Part shown: piece after piece, positions 1-13,747 of the stretch
Position numbering within the stretch: the stretch's first letter is position 1
Layout: each line of letters opens with the position of its first letter
Assembly: GCA_013239625.1 (NCBI GenBank)
Contig: MU053594.1
Coordinates: 1,086,536-1,150,535, forward strand
DNA: 64,000 bases
DNA from: Lama guanicoe
Taxonomy: Eukaryota
Direction of reading: 5' to 3'
Notes under the pieces: generated by a model
Databases searched by the model: none
The model's input: only the letters and a program-made list of their open reading frames with translations
Told to the model about the DNA's origin: nothing
Program-made: the position numbers and the translations under genes

Positions 1-1039
1 GTTCGTTACCTTTATTCATTCTTTGAATGGGAAACCATGTCTCTACTTTTCTTCCTAATAGCGTTCTTCTTTTCACTGTCACTTTCCTACAGGAGAATGG
101 AACAGGACATTGCCTGGGGGACCAAGCCCAAACTCTGCTTTCTGGACGTCAAGTCCCCCCCATTCTACTACCTTAGTTTTGCACTGTTTTTGAGCATGAA
201 TTTTCCTTTAAGGTCAAATCGTTTCCCTCTGCTTCCCCTACACGGGACCTACTAACTCAACTGAGCCGCTCACGAAACCTTTATGGAAGACATGGTTTAA
301 CGTGCCAGGGTCTATAAGGCGTCCAGAGATGAAAAGGGGCAGTTTCTGTTTGCAGAGAGCTCGCAGTTGAGGGTGTGAGGATGGGAGACAGACCCACATT
401 CAATCAATCACAAATTGTGCACGGTCCCCCTGGGGAATCATTGTCTGTGTGTATGGGAGAGGGGCTGTTGAGGGAGAGGTCAAGGGCAGCTTCCCAGAAG
501 GGAGGCTGGTCTAGCTGACCACTGGACTCTTGCCAAGTGAGCAAATGGGAAAGGGTATTTTGGGCCGAGGGAACATTCTGTTCAAAGGAACGTTGGATTA
601 GTCTGTGTTGCTCCTCACGCTGTCTATTCCTGCTTGCCTGTGCTGTGAAATTCCAATTCATCCTCATTCCTGGGCTAGCAACGTGCATTCTTAAGACCTG
701 GAGGACACTTAGAGATGGTGCAGCCTGAGTCACTTGTTTCACAGAGATGGAATTTGAGGTATAAAGTGTTATGTTGTGAATCATGCTTTGACCCATGGTC
801 TGCTGTCACCTGATGTGTTCAACACATATTTTTTGCACACCAACTGTCTAACAGGCACTATGAGGTACCCAGAGACAAGGTGAACTTGGGTTTCCCCTAA
901 CCTCACCACAAGAATTTATTTTTCATTAGAAATATATGGCCTGGAAGTTAAGAACACTTTGGTGTCTGGCAGATCAGAGTTTGAAGCCTGATGCTGTGAC
1001 ATTCCTGCTTGTGCGCTTGCATTTGTTACTCATTCTCAC

Positions 1040-1160
1040 TGAAACGAAGTTTCTTCTTATAAGAATGAAGGTAACTTTAGAACCTTCATCACAGGTTTGT
1101 TATGAGAATTCAGCCCAATAACATTTGCAGAGCAGTAAGCACTTAAGAAATCTCAGTGAT
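1040..1160 (+). mobile_element. MIR SINE fragment (core/3' part)
   Basis: agtttcttcttataagaatgaaggtaa...acaggtttgttatgagaatt resembles the MIR core (recalled consensus); boundaries approximate. Confidence 0.45.
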
Positions 1161-3819
1161 TAGCAATAGAGTCTTAAGACAATGTTGGAAAAGAAGTGAT
1201 GGTACAGGTAGGTACTCCATTTAAGAAGAGCTGTAGGATTAGTTAATTAGAGTTTCAATTCCAAGGTCTTTACCTGATAAAAATTAGAATATAGTTCCAT
1301 GAGAATCTGAATTCCTCAAAGCTTTGTGTCAGGCCAAATTAGAATGGAGATTTCTCCCTGCTAAGTAAGGTCCAGTAACCTGTAGCAATACAATGAATCC
1401 TAATTATTCCATTAGCATCATGCCATCTTTAAAACTGGTGGGTCTGAACAGCATCTTGAAAATCAGCTGTTCTGTAAGAAAAGAGCTGCTTCCTGGTTTT
1501 TTGGGTCACGCCCCTTTAACTATAAACACTCTGCTTCGTGTCATCCGGGCTCCACAGGGAATTGGGAGACCATCTCCTGCCATCTGAAACATTGTCAGGA
1601 AAAAGAGAGTGTCACTCTGGAAGGAAGAACAAGAATTAAAGAGGGAAGACACAAAGAGATAGACTGATTCCACATAAAATGAAATTTCTGATGAGAGAAA
1701 GACCTTCATAAATGCACTGGATTGCCTTCCAAGTAGTGGGGGTGGTCTCCTGGCTGCAGGGGTTCCAGAAGATATAAGGTCAGTCATCATCATTCTGGAA
1801 GAGAGACCCTTGAAGTGGCTGGGAGTAGAAACAGCAGTGCTTACGTCTCTACCAGTAATAAGTTTCTATGATTCTACTAAGGCATTCAAGCAAATTTTGA
1901 TCGATCATCTAGGATGCGCTGTCTCCATTTAAAACGCCAGATCGACAGCAGTAAGTGAAACAATGTCCCTAACCTCACGATGGTACATTCTAGGGAGTTT
2001 CTACGAATCCCTCAGTGAGGTGCCAATCAAAGAAACCGAGCTGACCCTCTTTTCAGTGTGGAAATAAGAGATGCCACGTCACGAGAAGATGAATCTTCGT
2101 CAATGCATACCACCTCTCCCCATGAAAATTAGTCAAGAGAAGTAACTCAGAGCACCATACATAGAATACATAATGCACGACTTTAAATGCTGGGAATAAC
2201 TAACTAGCAGCGGTCATGCTCAAACCATCAAAATCCTCCAAGATAAAGTTACAGGCTATGACTTACACGTTTGCCTGGTTTTTATTTTATGTGCCGCACA
2301 GTCTAACCCCAACCTTTGACTCTGTAACCATCCCCGGTTTGAGTTTGGGTTTGAACAGCTGCCCAGCTCATCAGTGCATCAGTGCGTCTGAGCAATAACT
2401 CATGCAAAGACATTTAAGAGCTCACAAGTCCTCAATAGACTATAAGTACGAGAAATAAGATTCCATAGCAACAACATGTCACTCTAAATCATCATTGCCG
2501 CTTCATGAACAAAGTGAGGATTGAAATAGAAAATATGGCAGGGAATGGGACTAGTTCAGCAGACAAGATCGACTGTTTTTTAGGAATTAGATCACTTTGG
2601 TTAGAGAGACAACATTGTGCTCATTTTTATTAGCTAAGCTGTTGAATTCTAAAGCTAGAAAAATTTGCCATTATTTGTTACTTTCTATTTCACTGGGGGA
2701 AAAAAAGGTTTTATTTCCCTCTCTTGTTCTTTGCATAGAGATATCATTGCTGATGGAGACAGCCAGCATGGATTTGGAACGAGGGAACTTGAACACTGCA
2801 ATTGAAAACCTTTACTGATTTGATTAAGGTTTTGCTTATTATGATAAATATTCCAGCAGCCAAAAAGTAGCTAGTAAACATTTAGGGGAGTGAGCTGGGA
2901 CTTATCTCATTGTGGGATTTCCTGATCATCTATTTTTGTTTAAAAAATGAAAACGTACCCAAAGTGAGCTCTCATGTATGTGAACGCTTGGCATAAGCTA
3001 TGCTGGCTCAGTGAGAACTGACCACAAACACCGCTTAGAGCAAATATAATCTTAGGCAGAAACAACTTTCCAACATAAACAGCAAATGGAAGCCTCTTGG
3101 AAATTACTTGATAAACTTAAAATAATAACTGCTTATAGTAAAGTTGGCTCATGACTGCAAGTTTTAAATGATCGGCCGAAGATCAGAGCAAGCATTTCCT
3201 GCCGGGTAGCTGGACACGAAGGTGGTTTTGTTTCAGCCGTCTGTTTAGGACGGATGGGGGAGTGGGAGTCAGTTCTCATGTATAAAAAAGAAGAGGATTC
3301 ATGTGTGCTCGTATATTCCAGAAGTACAAAAATGAAGACGCTAATTAAAATTCAGACAATTTCTCTCCTTCTTCTCTGTTTTGACAATAGACAGCTGTGT
3401 CCTTAAATGTTCCCCTCTTGGGGAAGTTTGTTCTAGAGATTGCTGTGTGCTCTGAAATAATAAACGTTCATTATTTCTGCTAACGGTTTCAGCATAGGTA
3501 GCTTCGAGATGGCTGGACTGTCCCATGGGTATGTTTTGAGCCTACAAGCAAACCTTTGTAAAAGCTCCCTCTCAGTTTTATTCCCTAAGTCACCTGACAA
3601 TTCTCTGGGGACTCCCCTGTCTATGGTGGGCCCCCTCCTGTAAAAATTTACCAGGATAATAGGGATACATATGCTGCTATTGAATTTTAAGCAATTCTCT
3701 TTGACTCGATATTTTGATGGCATTGTCGGATAGATTATTTCGCCATCTTACAAGGGGATTGAATTGAATATTTACACCTGGACATCAAAATTGATATTTT
3801 AAAAATGATTTATTATCTA

Positions 3820-3966
3820 GGGGGAGTGTATACAGCTCAGTGGTAGAGTGAATGCCTCGCAAGCACGTGGTTTTGGGTTCAGTCCCTAGTACCTCTATTA
3901 AAAATAAATAAATAAACAAATAAATAAACAAATAAACCTAATTATCTCCCCCCAAATTAAAAAAAA
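3820..3966 (+). mobile_element. tRNA-Ala-derived SINE (camelid Vic-1 type)
   Basis: ggggagtgtatacagctcagtggtagag...gggttcagtccctagtacctcta head with A/B-box-like motifs, (aaat)n linker, aaacctaattatctcccc, A tail; flanks atttattatct / atttattgtct form a TSD. Confidence 0.9.
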
Positions 3967-3999
3967 TATTTATTGTCTTTATACCACGAAAAAAAAGAG

Positions 4000-4140
4000 T
4001 GCAATTAATCTTCATGCACCATGCGTATTATCTCATTTATATTTCACAACAGCACTATGGGATAAGCTTTACCTACATCATCTGTATTTTAGTGGTTAAA
4101 AAACCAACAAGCCTGATGTTCAGAGAAATAACTTGGCTTC
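4000..4140 (-). mobile_element. MIR SINE fragment
   Basis: catgcgtattatctcatttatatttcacaacagcactatgggataag is antisense MIR. Confidence 0.5.
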
Positions 4141-4189
4141 TGGTTTATTCTCCACACAGCAAAGTAGTCTTTAAAAACATAAATTGAAA

Positions 4190-6637
4190 TGCTTTCATCC
4201 AAGATGCAGTAACAGTGACTAGATTGACCCTCACATCTGAAACAATTAAAAACTGGACAAAATATATGAAGCAATTATTTTCTTAAGGCATTGGGCATCA
4301 GGCAGCTAAGGACAGTGATCCCTAAGAAATAAGAGACAAAAGAGATGGGTTCCACAAGGCTCTGGCTTACTATCTTCCTGCCCTCCTGGCACTTGCTGCT
4401 TCCTTCCAAGGTGCAGGGACTTCCTGAATTGAGGAGCCAGAAATGGTGGTCCAGGGAGGCCAAGGGAGCTTAGAACAAATCATGGAAGAAGAGAAAGCAT
4501 ATGGCAGACAAGTCTGATGGTCTGTAGAGGGTCCCATCAAGCCTTCAGCCAAGTACTAATCGGTTCATGCGTGTGAGGAAAAACACCAGAAAGGGATTAA
4601 AGGAAACAATCACTGGAGGTCACACAGGAGCAGGAATAGTTTCTTCCCCAACTAGCCAGACTGGATCACTGTGTGATTAATGGGCAATAAAAGCATTTTG
4701 CCTCTAAGTGGAGCATAATTAGTCCTACACGACACGCTACTCGGGCCTCACTTAACAAAACTTAAAAGCAAGAAGTGAAAGGCTCAGGATGCTTACAAGT
4801 AACTTTTCTGTGTCTCAGAACAAACCTTAGGCATAGCCATAGGAATACAAATATATTCAGCACCCAACAAATAAAATTCGCTGTGCCTTTTAGCCAATCA
4901 AAAATTAATAAGCATGCAAAAAGGCAAGAAAATATAAACTAAAGATGAAGAGAAAAGTCAGTTAATTAAAATGACCCAGAAATAACACAGATGACAGAAT
5001 TCACAAGCAAAATCATTAAAATAGTTATTACATTATATTCCATATGTTCAAGAAGCTAGAAAAAGATAGAACATGTAAGTAGAGACTTGGAAGCTATAAA
5101 AAGGCCCAAGCTGAATCTGTAGTGGTGAAAACAATGCCTGAAATGAAAAATACACTGGTGTGAGGCAGGGGGATTCACAGCAGATTAGATATTGCAGAAG
5201 AAAAGATGAGAGAACTTAAAGACATAGCAATAAAAACGACCCAAAATTAAATAAAGAGAACAGTGAACTGTGTGTGACAACTTGAAACAGCCTAATATAC
5301 ATGTCCAGAAATTGACTGACACATGTATGGCTGACTGATTTTTGACAAAAGTGCAAAGGCAACTCAGTGGAAAATGACAGTCTTTAAAGAAATGTTACTA
5401 GCACGATTGGATATTCATAAGCAAAATGCAACAACCACAACAACAACTTAATTCATATCTGACACCATATAGGAAATTAACTCAAGATGAATCATAGACC
5501 TACAGGTAAAATCTAAATCCACAAAAAATTTGTGGAAGAAAACATAAGAGAAAATCTGTGTGCCCTAAGTGTTAGGCAAAAACCTCTTAGATACCAAAAG
5601 GATAATCCATAAAAGAACAAACTGATAAACTGGATTTCATCATCTAGGAACACTTTCACTTTCAAAACATTAAGAGAATGAAAACAAGCTGAGAGAAAAA
5701 AAATGGCAATCCAAGTATCTCTTAAACAACTTGCACCCAGAATATGTAAAGAACCCTCAAAACTCAGTAATGAGAAAGCCACCCAATGAAAAAAGATTTG
5801 AGCAGGCACTTTATCAAAGAAAAGATACAGATGGTAAACACATGAAAAGGGAACTGACCTCATTAGCTGTTTGGAAAATGAAACTTAAAACCACAATAAG
5901 ATACCACTGAACACTATCAGAATGTGTAAAATTAAAAAGACACATCAAGTTTTAGTGAGCATGTGGAGCAACTGGAACTTTCCTTCACTGCTTGTGGAGA
6001 TGTACAGTGGTATAAGCACTTTGGAAAATGTTGTCTAGCTTCTAAAAATGTTGAGCCTACAACCCTCATATGATCCAGCCATTTCACTCCTAGGTGTTTA
6101 CCAAAGAAAAATGAAAGCCTGTGTCCATATGAAGGTGGTTATACAAATGGTCATAGTGGTTGTGTTTGTAAGAGCCCAAAACTGGAAATAATTCATATGT
6201 CCATTATAGACGAATGGATAAACAAAATGGTATATCCATTTAATGGAATACTACTCAGCAATGAAAAAGAATAATCTATTAAGACATCCAACAAAATGAA
6301 ATTAGTCCCAAAATAATAATGCTGAGGGAAAGAAGCCAGACAGAATGAAAACATTATGTATGATTATTTTTATATCAAATTCTAGAAAATGCAACTGATT
6401 AGTGGTGACAGAAAGTAGATCAATGGTTACCCAGGGATGTGGATAGGGACTGAGGAGGGATTAGGGAAGACTAACAAAAAGAATGAGAAAAATTGGGAGA
6501 ATGTTGAGCATTTTCAGTATCTTGATTATGTGGGTAGTGTCATGGCTTTATATACATGTCAGAGCATCAAATTTCATAGTTGAAATGGATTTAGTTAATT
6601 GTACATCAATCATACCTCAATAAAACTATTTTAAAAA
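4190..6637 (+). mobile_element. Ancient LINE-1 (L1MC/MD/ME class), internally deleted: 5' region and ORF1 remnant joined to ORF2 3' part and 3'UTR
   Basis: ORF1-like A-rich tract about 4900-5300; ORF2-like tgatttttgacaaaagtgcaaaggc at about 5335; gaatggataaacaaaatggtatatcc...atggaatactactcagcaatgaaaaaga at about 6210-6270; ends catacctcaataaaactattttaaaaa. Confidence 0.85.
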
Positions 6638-6649
6638 TATATGAATTGG

Positions 6650-7090
6650 AACCTGTTACTCACCTGCTTAAATTCTGAATACACATTTAAAATACAATGT
6701 AAGCGCTCTCCCATGACCCACAGTGAAAGGTCTGGGTGGCATTTTTTCCTTCACACATCTTGTTCCACTCTCTTCTTGATCAACACAGGCTTTGTCCCAC
6801 TCGCACCCTCTAGGTATTTTGAACGTATGAACTCTCCCACTTTGGGGTATTTTGTGTGCTATTTCCATTACCCAGGACACTTTACTCTTGTGTGTTCACA
6901 TGGTGAACTCCTTTTCATTTTTCAGTTATCACATCATCAGAGAAATCCTTCTGTTTAAGTGGTCTTTCGTCCAAAATTATTCTTTATTATTGTACGGTAT
7001 TTATGTTAGTCATAGTGCTTAGCAGAAGGTGTAATTGTACATTACTTATTTATTTGTTTATTATCTATCTCTCCTACTAGCTTATGAGCA
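6650..7090 (+). mobile_element. LINE-2 fragment (continues the L2 piece at about 4145-4185 that the L1 interrupts)
   Basis: attctccacacagcaaagtagtctttaaaaaca...ctgttactcacctgcttaaa and ttatttgtttattatctatctctcctactagcttatgagc resemble the L2 3' region. Confidence 0.5.
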
Positions 7091-7369
7091 GATAATGCCT
7101 TATCACATTGGCCATATCAGTGACACGCTGACCCCCACCACCTCCATGCTGTCATGTACACTTACCCCCAGCCTGGCTATTTCCTCTCTAGTAATATCTT
7201 TTTATACCAACCTCCTTCAAGAGAAAGTATGTGCAGTCTTGGACAAAAAAAAAATTAACTGATTTTCTGAATGTTTTATTTTTAAAATCAGAGCAAAAGT
7301 CAATCACTTTGAAAGCCAAAGCTTTGATTTGCAAGAGCTGAGTTTTCAGAGGAAAAAAAAAAAGGTATT

Positions 7370-8310
7370 TTTCTCCTCTTTGTTTCAACTGACATAGGAT
7401 TTACATCCGATGAAATGTACAGATTTTGTTTTGAGGAATGCATACACCTGGGTATCCAGCAGCACACTTAACAGAGAATGTTTCCTTCAGTCCCAAGTTC
7501 CCGGGTGTGTCTCTCTGGTCAAGACTTTCCCCACCTCTTCCAAGCAGACGCAACCACTGGTCTGCTTTCTCTGTCTCAGTAGTATGATTCGTGTCTGGCT
7601 AATTCCATTCAACACAACGACTTTGAGCTTTGCCCACGTTATTGCATATATATAAGTAGTTTTGTCATTGCTGTTAAGCAGTATTCCACTGTATGACTAT
7701 ATCACAGTTTGTTTATCCGTTCCTCTGTTGATGGACACATGGACCTGCCAGTTTTTAGCTATTATGAATAAAGCTGTTATGATCATTCTTGTACAAGGAT
7801 TTTTGTGGACATATATTTTCATTTCTCTTAGGTTAATACATAGAAATTTATGGGTCCTAGGGGAGATGTATGTTTAATTTTATAAAAAATTTGCCAAAAT
7901 GTTTTCCAAAGTAGTTACATCTCCACTATCAGTGTGCGAGAGTTCCAAGTGCTCTGCATTCCTACCTCCCCCAGTGCTATCAGAACTTTCCATTTTAGCC
8001 ATTCTAATGGATGCGAAGGGATATCGCATGGTGATTTCAATCTGTTTTTCCCTGATAACCAATGGTTTTTCAGCAGCTTTTCATACGATTTTTGGCTATT
8101 CAAAGAACCTTCTTTATGAAGTTATTGTTCAAGCCTTTTGGCCATTTAAAAAAAATGGATTAATTGTCTTTATATCATTGATTTGTAGCAGTTTTTAAAT
8201 CTATTCTGAAGTCAAGTCCTCAGTCAGATGTATGTGTTGTGAATATCTTCTCCCATTCTGTGATTTGCGTTTCATTTCAACAGTATCTTTTGAGAAGAGA
8301 TTTTCAGTAT
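7370..8310 (-). mobile_element. Ancient LINE-1 (L1ME/MB class) ORF2 3' end and 3'UTR
   Basis: agtattccactgtatgactatatcacagtttgtttatcc; ttttagccattctaatggatgcgaagggatatcgcatggtgatttcaatctg; ORF 7880..8062 (QIEITMRYPFASIRMAK) resembles the L1 ORF2 C-terminus. Confidence 0.85.
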
Positions 8311-9879
8311 TGAGAATCAAACAGTTGAGCCCGAAAGAAAGTAGCATAAAACGTTTATGCCGCAAACAACATTTTTGAAAGAATTCATGAGGATTTAAGA
8401 ACTGGTTTTCCTTATACTCGAGAGGAGATAGGTCTTTTCTGGGCTAAAGAGAAGGTAATTGGGAGAGGAAATTAAGATAAAAAGGGGTCGTGCATAGCCC
8501 TGACCGCCACTCTCCTGGGGTGAGTGATCCATGTCTTGGTCAGTGTTGGGGGGATCCCAGAGCAGAGGAGACCTCTGCCTGGCTTTCCTGGGAATAAGCC
8601 AGGGAAACAGAAAGGCTGGTAGAAAATCTCACAGAAGGGGTGCAATGGTGGGTGGGATACAAGTGGACAGGCCTGGGGGAAGTCTTGGGAGGTACTATTA
8701 CTCTCAGGAAAAATGGGAAAAGCAGACAAAAATGATTCACCATGATAGAGTAGAATGCTGAGAGAAAGTGGGCTAACTCAAAGTGGTTTGGATTTGGGAC
8801 AAGGATGACTCAGAGTGGTTATGCCTGGAGTTCAAACGCCATTGTGAAAACATGGCCATCACTCCAAGGAGTGATGCTCAGAACTTGAAGATAAGATGAG
8901 GTTCAACAGACCATTGTGACTGAGACCCCATTTTACCCTGGGATCCTATGGGACTTAAATGACCCCCTAAAGAAGGGGAAAGAGGATGGAGAAATACACG
9001 AACCAATTCTTCACCCAAATGAGGCTGCGTTTTCATCCAGAAGGAAGTGAGTTTTACCTGGAATCCACAAGATCATTTCTTGCTACCAAAAGGATATGAG
9101 AGCTTGAGATCTAAGTTAAATTAAGTTACAGAGAAGTAAAGTTTTCATATCTGCACCCCTGAGTTTTGTGACAGTGAAATGACGCCGGGTGGAGGTCTTC
9201 AGGGCAGGGACCATTTCTGTGCTGTTTACCAACTGATGCTCAGGGTGTTGACTTGGGCCAAGCGCATAGTAGATGGGCAAGCCGTAGTTTTAAACAGATG
9301 GAAGAAAATGACCCCACTGTGACGGAGTGAGTTTTGTGTGACCTTAAACCCCTCAATTTTCTGGCTCCCTGTGTTTCTTCCTTCCTCACGTGGTGAAGTC
9401 GAGGACAAATCAGCCATGTACTTGGAACACAGCCACAATGGGAATAGACATTTTATATCCCTTTCTTTGCCAATGGGTAAGCAATTATTTCCTTAAACCT
9501 GTCTTTGTAAATGGGGGATTATTTCCTCTACTAAACTCATCCCTGGATGCCGTATCACATAAAAACAATTACTTCTGCATGATTCAGTGTTCTTAACTCT
9601 TTACACATCTTGCGGCCACTGTGGTGTTCTCTAGGAGTTAAAAAAAATCAATGCCCTAAAAGCAAATAACAACACTCATTTGGTTGTTTATTTGTTGATT
9701 TCTTCTCATAAGCTGTGACTGAAGCTCCCACATGCCTTGAGAGGAATTGCCAAGAGCACCAAAGATCCTGTTTCTTAAAAATGTATGGACCATGATAGAT
9801 ATGAAGAGAACCTATCTGAACCTGTAAGGGCTTATGAAGGATGCTGTGGACCTTCTGATGGCAGTTTAGGGAAAAGGGC

Positions 9880-10060
9880 TGTGCAGTACTTATGAGAACC
9901 GGCTATGGAATCAGACTTCGTCTCACATCCAGGCTCTGTCACTTACAGCCATGGGAACTTGGGCGATTTATTAAGATCGCCAAGCTTCAGTTAAGTCGCC
10001 CAGGGCAGTTTAGACCATTACATGAGATTATATGAGCTTATCCCAGAGCCTGGCCCACAT
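9880..10060 (+). mobile_element. MIR SINE
   Basis: ggctatggaatcagact...ccaggctctgtcacttacagccatgggaacttgggc...agcttcagtt. Confidence 0.6.
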
Positions 10061-11599
10061 CACCCACACAATTCATTTCAGCCACTTAATCATAATTATC
10101 TTTATTTTTATTCACTGACATTGTGAAACGGGAACAAAGCAGTGACATACTTCTTTTCCTGAGAACAGCAACATCTGAGCATGGCTTTGGGTGAGATGGT
10201 TCAAATGCTCCCTTGTGCCAGGTGTTGGATTTTCAGGAACCAATGTCACAAACTCTGGAAGGTCTGTAAACACACATGAAAAATATTAGAAGGTGAATCA
10301 TTTCCAGGGAACACTGTTTCTTTGATGGCAATCTAAATGATACCCTAGAGTTTGGAAAAGAACTTTAGGTTTTTCCTTGTTGATGAAAAAATACTCAGAA
10401 ACAGAAAAGCTTGGCCTAAACTTGTGATTCTTTTTGCAACTGCTATTTGAAATTCTTCGATGACTATCTCTATTATGGCAGCAGGAGGTGTGAGAACACG
10501 CGGGCTCCTGACTTTCCCCCATAATTTAGTGAGGACCTGCGGGCTTGCAGCATCATTTGGGAAGGAAACTCAAATTGAGGCCAGCACTGACTGGCGGACT
10601 GATGAACCACCGGTAAATCTTCAAGCAAACAGAAGTTGATTTTGAATCCATTCGAAAAACATTTTTCATTTGATCCTCCTAAAAGCCAAGTTATTTAAAC
10701 AGAATTCAATCAAAGTGAGGCAGCTGTCCCAGAAATCAGAAAAAGTCTACTCGTTTCATGTCGGCTTAGTGGTTCTTCTGCTGAAGAAATGAACTGCAGG
10801 GTGTGGACACAGCTTCCTGGGTCCACTTGGGGACTTTGTACAAAGCAGGTGTAGCAGGCGTGGTTCCCAGATGACACTTTGGAGCAAAGATGGAGGCTTT
10901 GAACTGACTCATAAAACCACGGATTGGAAGCAGGGGAGGGAACCTGTAGACTACAGAGGGATGTGACCTCAGTGGTATCATGCCATTAAAATGAAGTTTC
11001 AGAAATAGCCTTGGAAGCAGCAAAGATTGGGACAGGGGAGGTGACCTTTAAGAAAATGACATGAATATCCAATTAGATGCTCTTCTTCTGCACAATTACT
11101 GCTAAACCCCTATTAGATCCAAGTTCCCTGCATTAAGAAAACTGTTCCTGCAGCAGGCAGACAAGAGCCAAGGGGAAAACATCCATCCTGCGATGAGCTT
11201 GAAGATTCTAAGTGATGGAGAGTGAATCCAAGGCTAAGAAATGGGAAAGGGGAATACAATTGTTCCAGAGGAGAAGGTACTGATGCTGCCACGGGAAACA
11301 GAGAGGGACAGCTTCATAGACAGACGTGTGAGCAATTACAGGGCAGAGAAAGAACTTGCTGAGTTCTGCAGACAAACCTGGAATATGTCCCCCGTTTTTA
11401 GGTCTTTATACAGCTTTTAAGAGTTAACCCAACTCTACTGCCAGGATGCAGACGGTTGGGGGCTCTTTTCTGCATGTGATTCCGTTTGACTTGAAAAGTC
11501 TTTCATGAGGTGAAGGGACTCTTAGCACCATCATCTAGTGCTGTGGTACCCATGATAATGGGGTTCTCAATGCACATTTTAACCATTATTCACCACCAA

Positions 11600-11900
11600 A
11601 CCCTGTGCACTTATTTATTCACTTGTTCGGAAAATGTTTATTGAGTATATATTATGTGCCGGATACTAGGTTCTGAGATTATGGTGGGGGATAAAACAGG
11701 CACTACCACTCTGGCCTCAAGAAATGTAGAGACAGAGAGGTAATCAAAACACGAGTAAACAAACAAAGCAGATACAAAGTGGGACACACTTTATGAAGGC
11801 AATGAGGAGTTGAGAGACAGAAAAAGGGGAGAGAGAATTAAGTCTGCAGTCTCGGGAAAAGTTCCCTGAGGCCTAGAGAAGGAGAATAAAACAGTGATGG
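11600..11900 (-). mobile_element. LINE-2 3' end fragment
   Basis: ttatttattcacttgttcggaaaatgtttattgagtatatattatgtgccggatactagg is the antisense L2 tail. Confidence 0.65.
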
Positions 11901-12029
11901 CTTTCTGGGAAGCACACCATGCATGTTTACCAAAGTGGAATCTGTGTGTGCCTGGGGTCCAGGGACCTGGCTCCCCCACATACATGCCAGAGATACTTTT
12001 GCTCAGGTCTGTAGGAAAACACATTCTAG

Positions 12030-12350
12030 AATGTTTATTACGATGTTCGTGAGAAGAGGGAGTTGGAAGGGATCTATCATGAGGGCAAATGATTGCTAGG
12101 GATTATCTTAGAACACTCAGGAGAAATGGGCTGGATGAACAAGGGTATGGATGGCTCTAGAAGTCTTAATGTTGAGTGAAAATGGCAGAAAAAAAGAGGC
12201 TCAAAGAATGATACTTTTTATGCACACTGAAAACACACACTAGAAATATCACAACCTATTTCATGAGGATAAATTAGGGGATAAATTAGAGCCAATCTCA
12301 GTCCTGCCTATGGAGGGGAGGGGGATGTGGGTAAGGATTAGGTGAGAAAA
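12030..12350 (+). mobile_element. Highly decayed L1ME-like 3' fragment
   Basis: atggatggctctagaagtcttaatgttgagtgaaaa resembles an L1 3' motif. Confidence 0.4.
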
Positions 12351-12479
12351 GGGAAGTAATTTTTAATGGAATGAAGGAAGAGCCTTGAATGTTCTAGTCA
12401 TGATGACAGGCTACAAACTGAAGAGTATGATTCACTCAGATCTGCACCGAGGGTTAAAAAGAAACAGAAGAGAACAAAA

Positions 12480-12860
12480 CAGTAGAGTGAGAAGAAGCCA
12501 GCCAGATCGAGTGCTGGAACGAATACTCTGAGTAATGGGAGCAGCTTGTGGAAAGGCCTCAAGGTAGACAAGGGGGTGGCCTGAAACAGGGCCCATGATT
12601 ATCTGGTCCAGAGCAACGCAGAAGGGACGAGGGATGCAGTTGGATAGAAAGGAAGAAGCATCACTATGCGAAGCCCCAGCAGGCCATAGCAAGAGGCTCA
12701 GATTTTATCCAAAAAGCGATGGGAGGCCACTAAAATACTTTAAGCAAAAGGATGGCATGTGTTAGTTGATGTTTTCCACAGAGCATGTTGTCTGTGGTAG
12801 AAAGTGTGGACAGGAGGGGGCAAGTGTGAAACCAGAGACACCATTGATGAAGAGGTGCTG
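12480..12860 (-). mobile_element. LINE-2 fragment
   Basis: aggccatagcaagaggctcagattttatccaaaaagcgatgggaggccactaaaatactttaagca is antisense L2. Confidence 0.6.
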
Positions 12861-13224
12861 TAGTAGCTCGGGTAAGAGATGCTGGTGACCTGGTAGCCAC
12901 ACACACAGAGGGGAGTGTGCGAACACACCTGCACACAGGCACACCCTCACTTCTGCACTAGGCTGGTGAGAAGAGTCCAGTCTTAACGAACCTCACATTT
13001 CTGCTTTTCCACAATGAGCGTTACCCAAAGTTCCTTTCTCTGTTGGGCGTCTTTTGGAGAAACATGAATGCCCGGATGCCGTGGGCTTCACCCTAGCCCC
13101 ACTCCTATCCCAGCTGCCCGGCAACTGTACTTGTGTACTCACGGGTGCTTGCCTCCTAGTCCCGGACTTTTCCCGGCAGGAGTCACGCAGGTCTCCCTGA
13201 GTGTGTTCATGGTCAGGATGCTTT

Positions 13225-13450
13225 GGAGCTGGACTCTGGAGCCTGGTTGCTTGAATTGATTCACAGCCCTGCCATTCGTTTACTACCTGTGCGACCTTGA
13301 ACAGGTTCCTTAAGTCTCTGTGCCTCAGTTTCCTCATCTGTAAAACACAGATAATGACAGTATCTATTTCATAATTACTTAATATACATAAAGTGCTCAG
13401 AACCGTGCCTGGCATCAAATCCACGCTTTACTAGAGTTTGCTGTCATTAA
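13225..13450 (+). mobile_element. MIR SINE, well-preserved core
   Basis: tgtgcgaccttgaacaggttccttaagtctctgtgcctcagtttcctcatctgtaaaa...agtgctcagaaccgtgcctggca. Confidence 0.9.
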
Positions 13451-13634
13451 TGTAATTATCTTTATTAGTGAAGAGCTGAATGTTTTCCTCACTGATACGT
13501 CTAGTGGTTACTGCTCCTCTAGCAGGATTCTTCCTGATAAGCATCACTCCAGGATCCGGCTGCCCCGCCTCCACCCTGCAGTCCACCTCCACCTTGAACA
13601 ACCAAGTTGCTAAAACAGGAGGAAGCTTCTGGGG

Positions 13635-13747
13635 TTTTTTTGTTTTTTGTTTTTTGGGTTTTTTGTTTTTTTTTTTTTTTTTTTATAATNNNNNNNNNNN
13701 NNNNNNNNNNNNNNNNNNNNNNNNNNNNNNTTTTTTTTTTTTTTTTT
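13635..13747. repeat. T-rich/poly-T tract containing a 41-N assembly gap (13690-13730)
   Basis: Directly visible. Confidence 0.95.

Noticed and set aside
13635..13747. Unusual poly-Phe/poly-Lys ORFs
   Set aside because: Homopolymer tract around an assembly gap.
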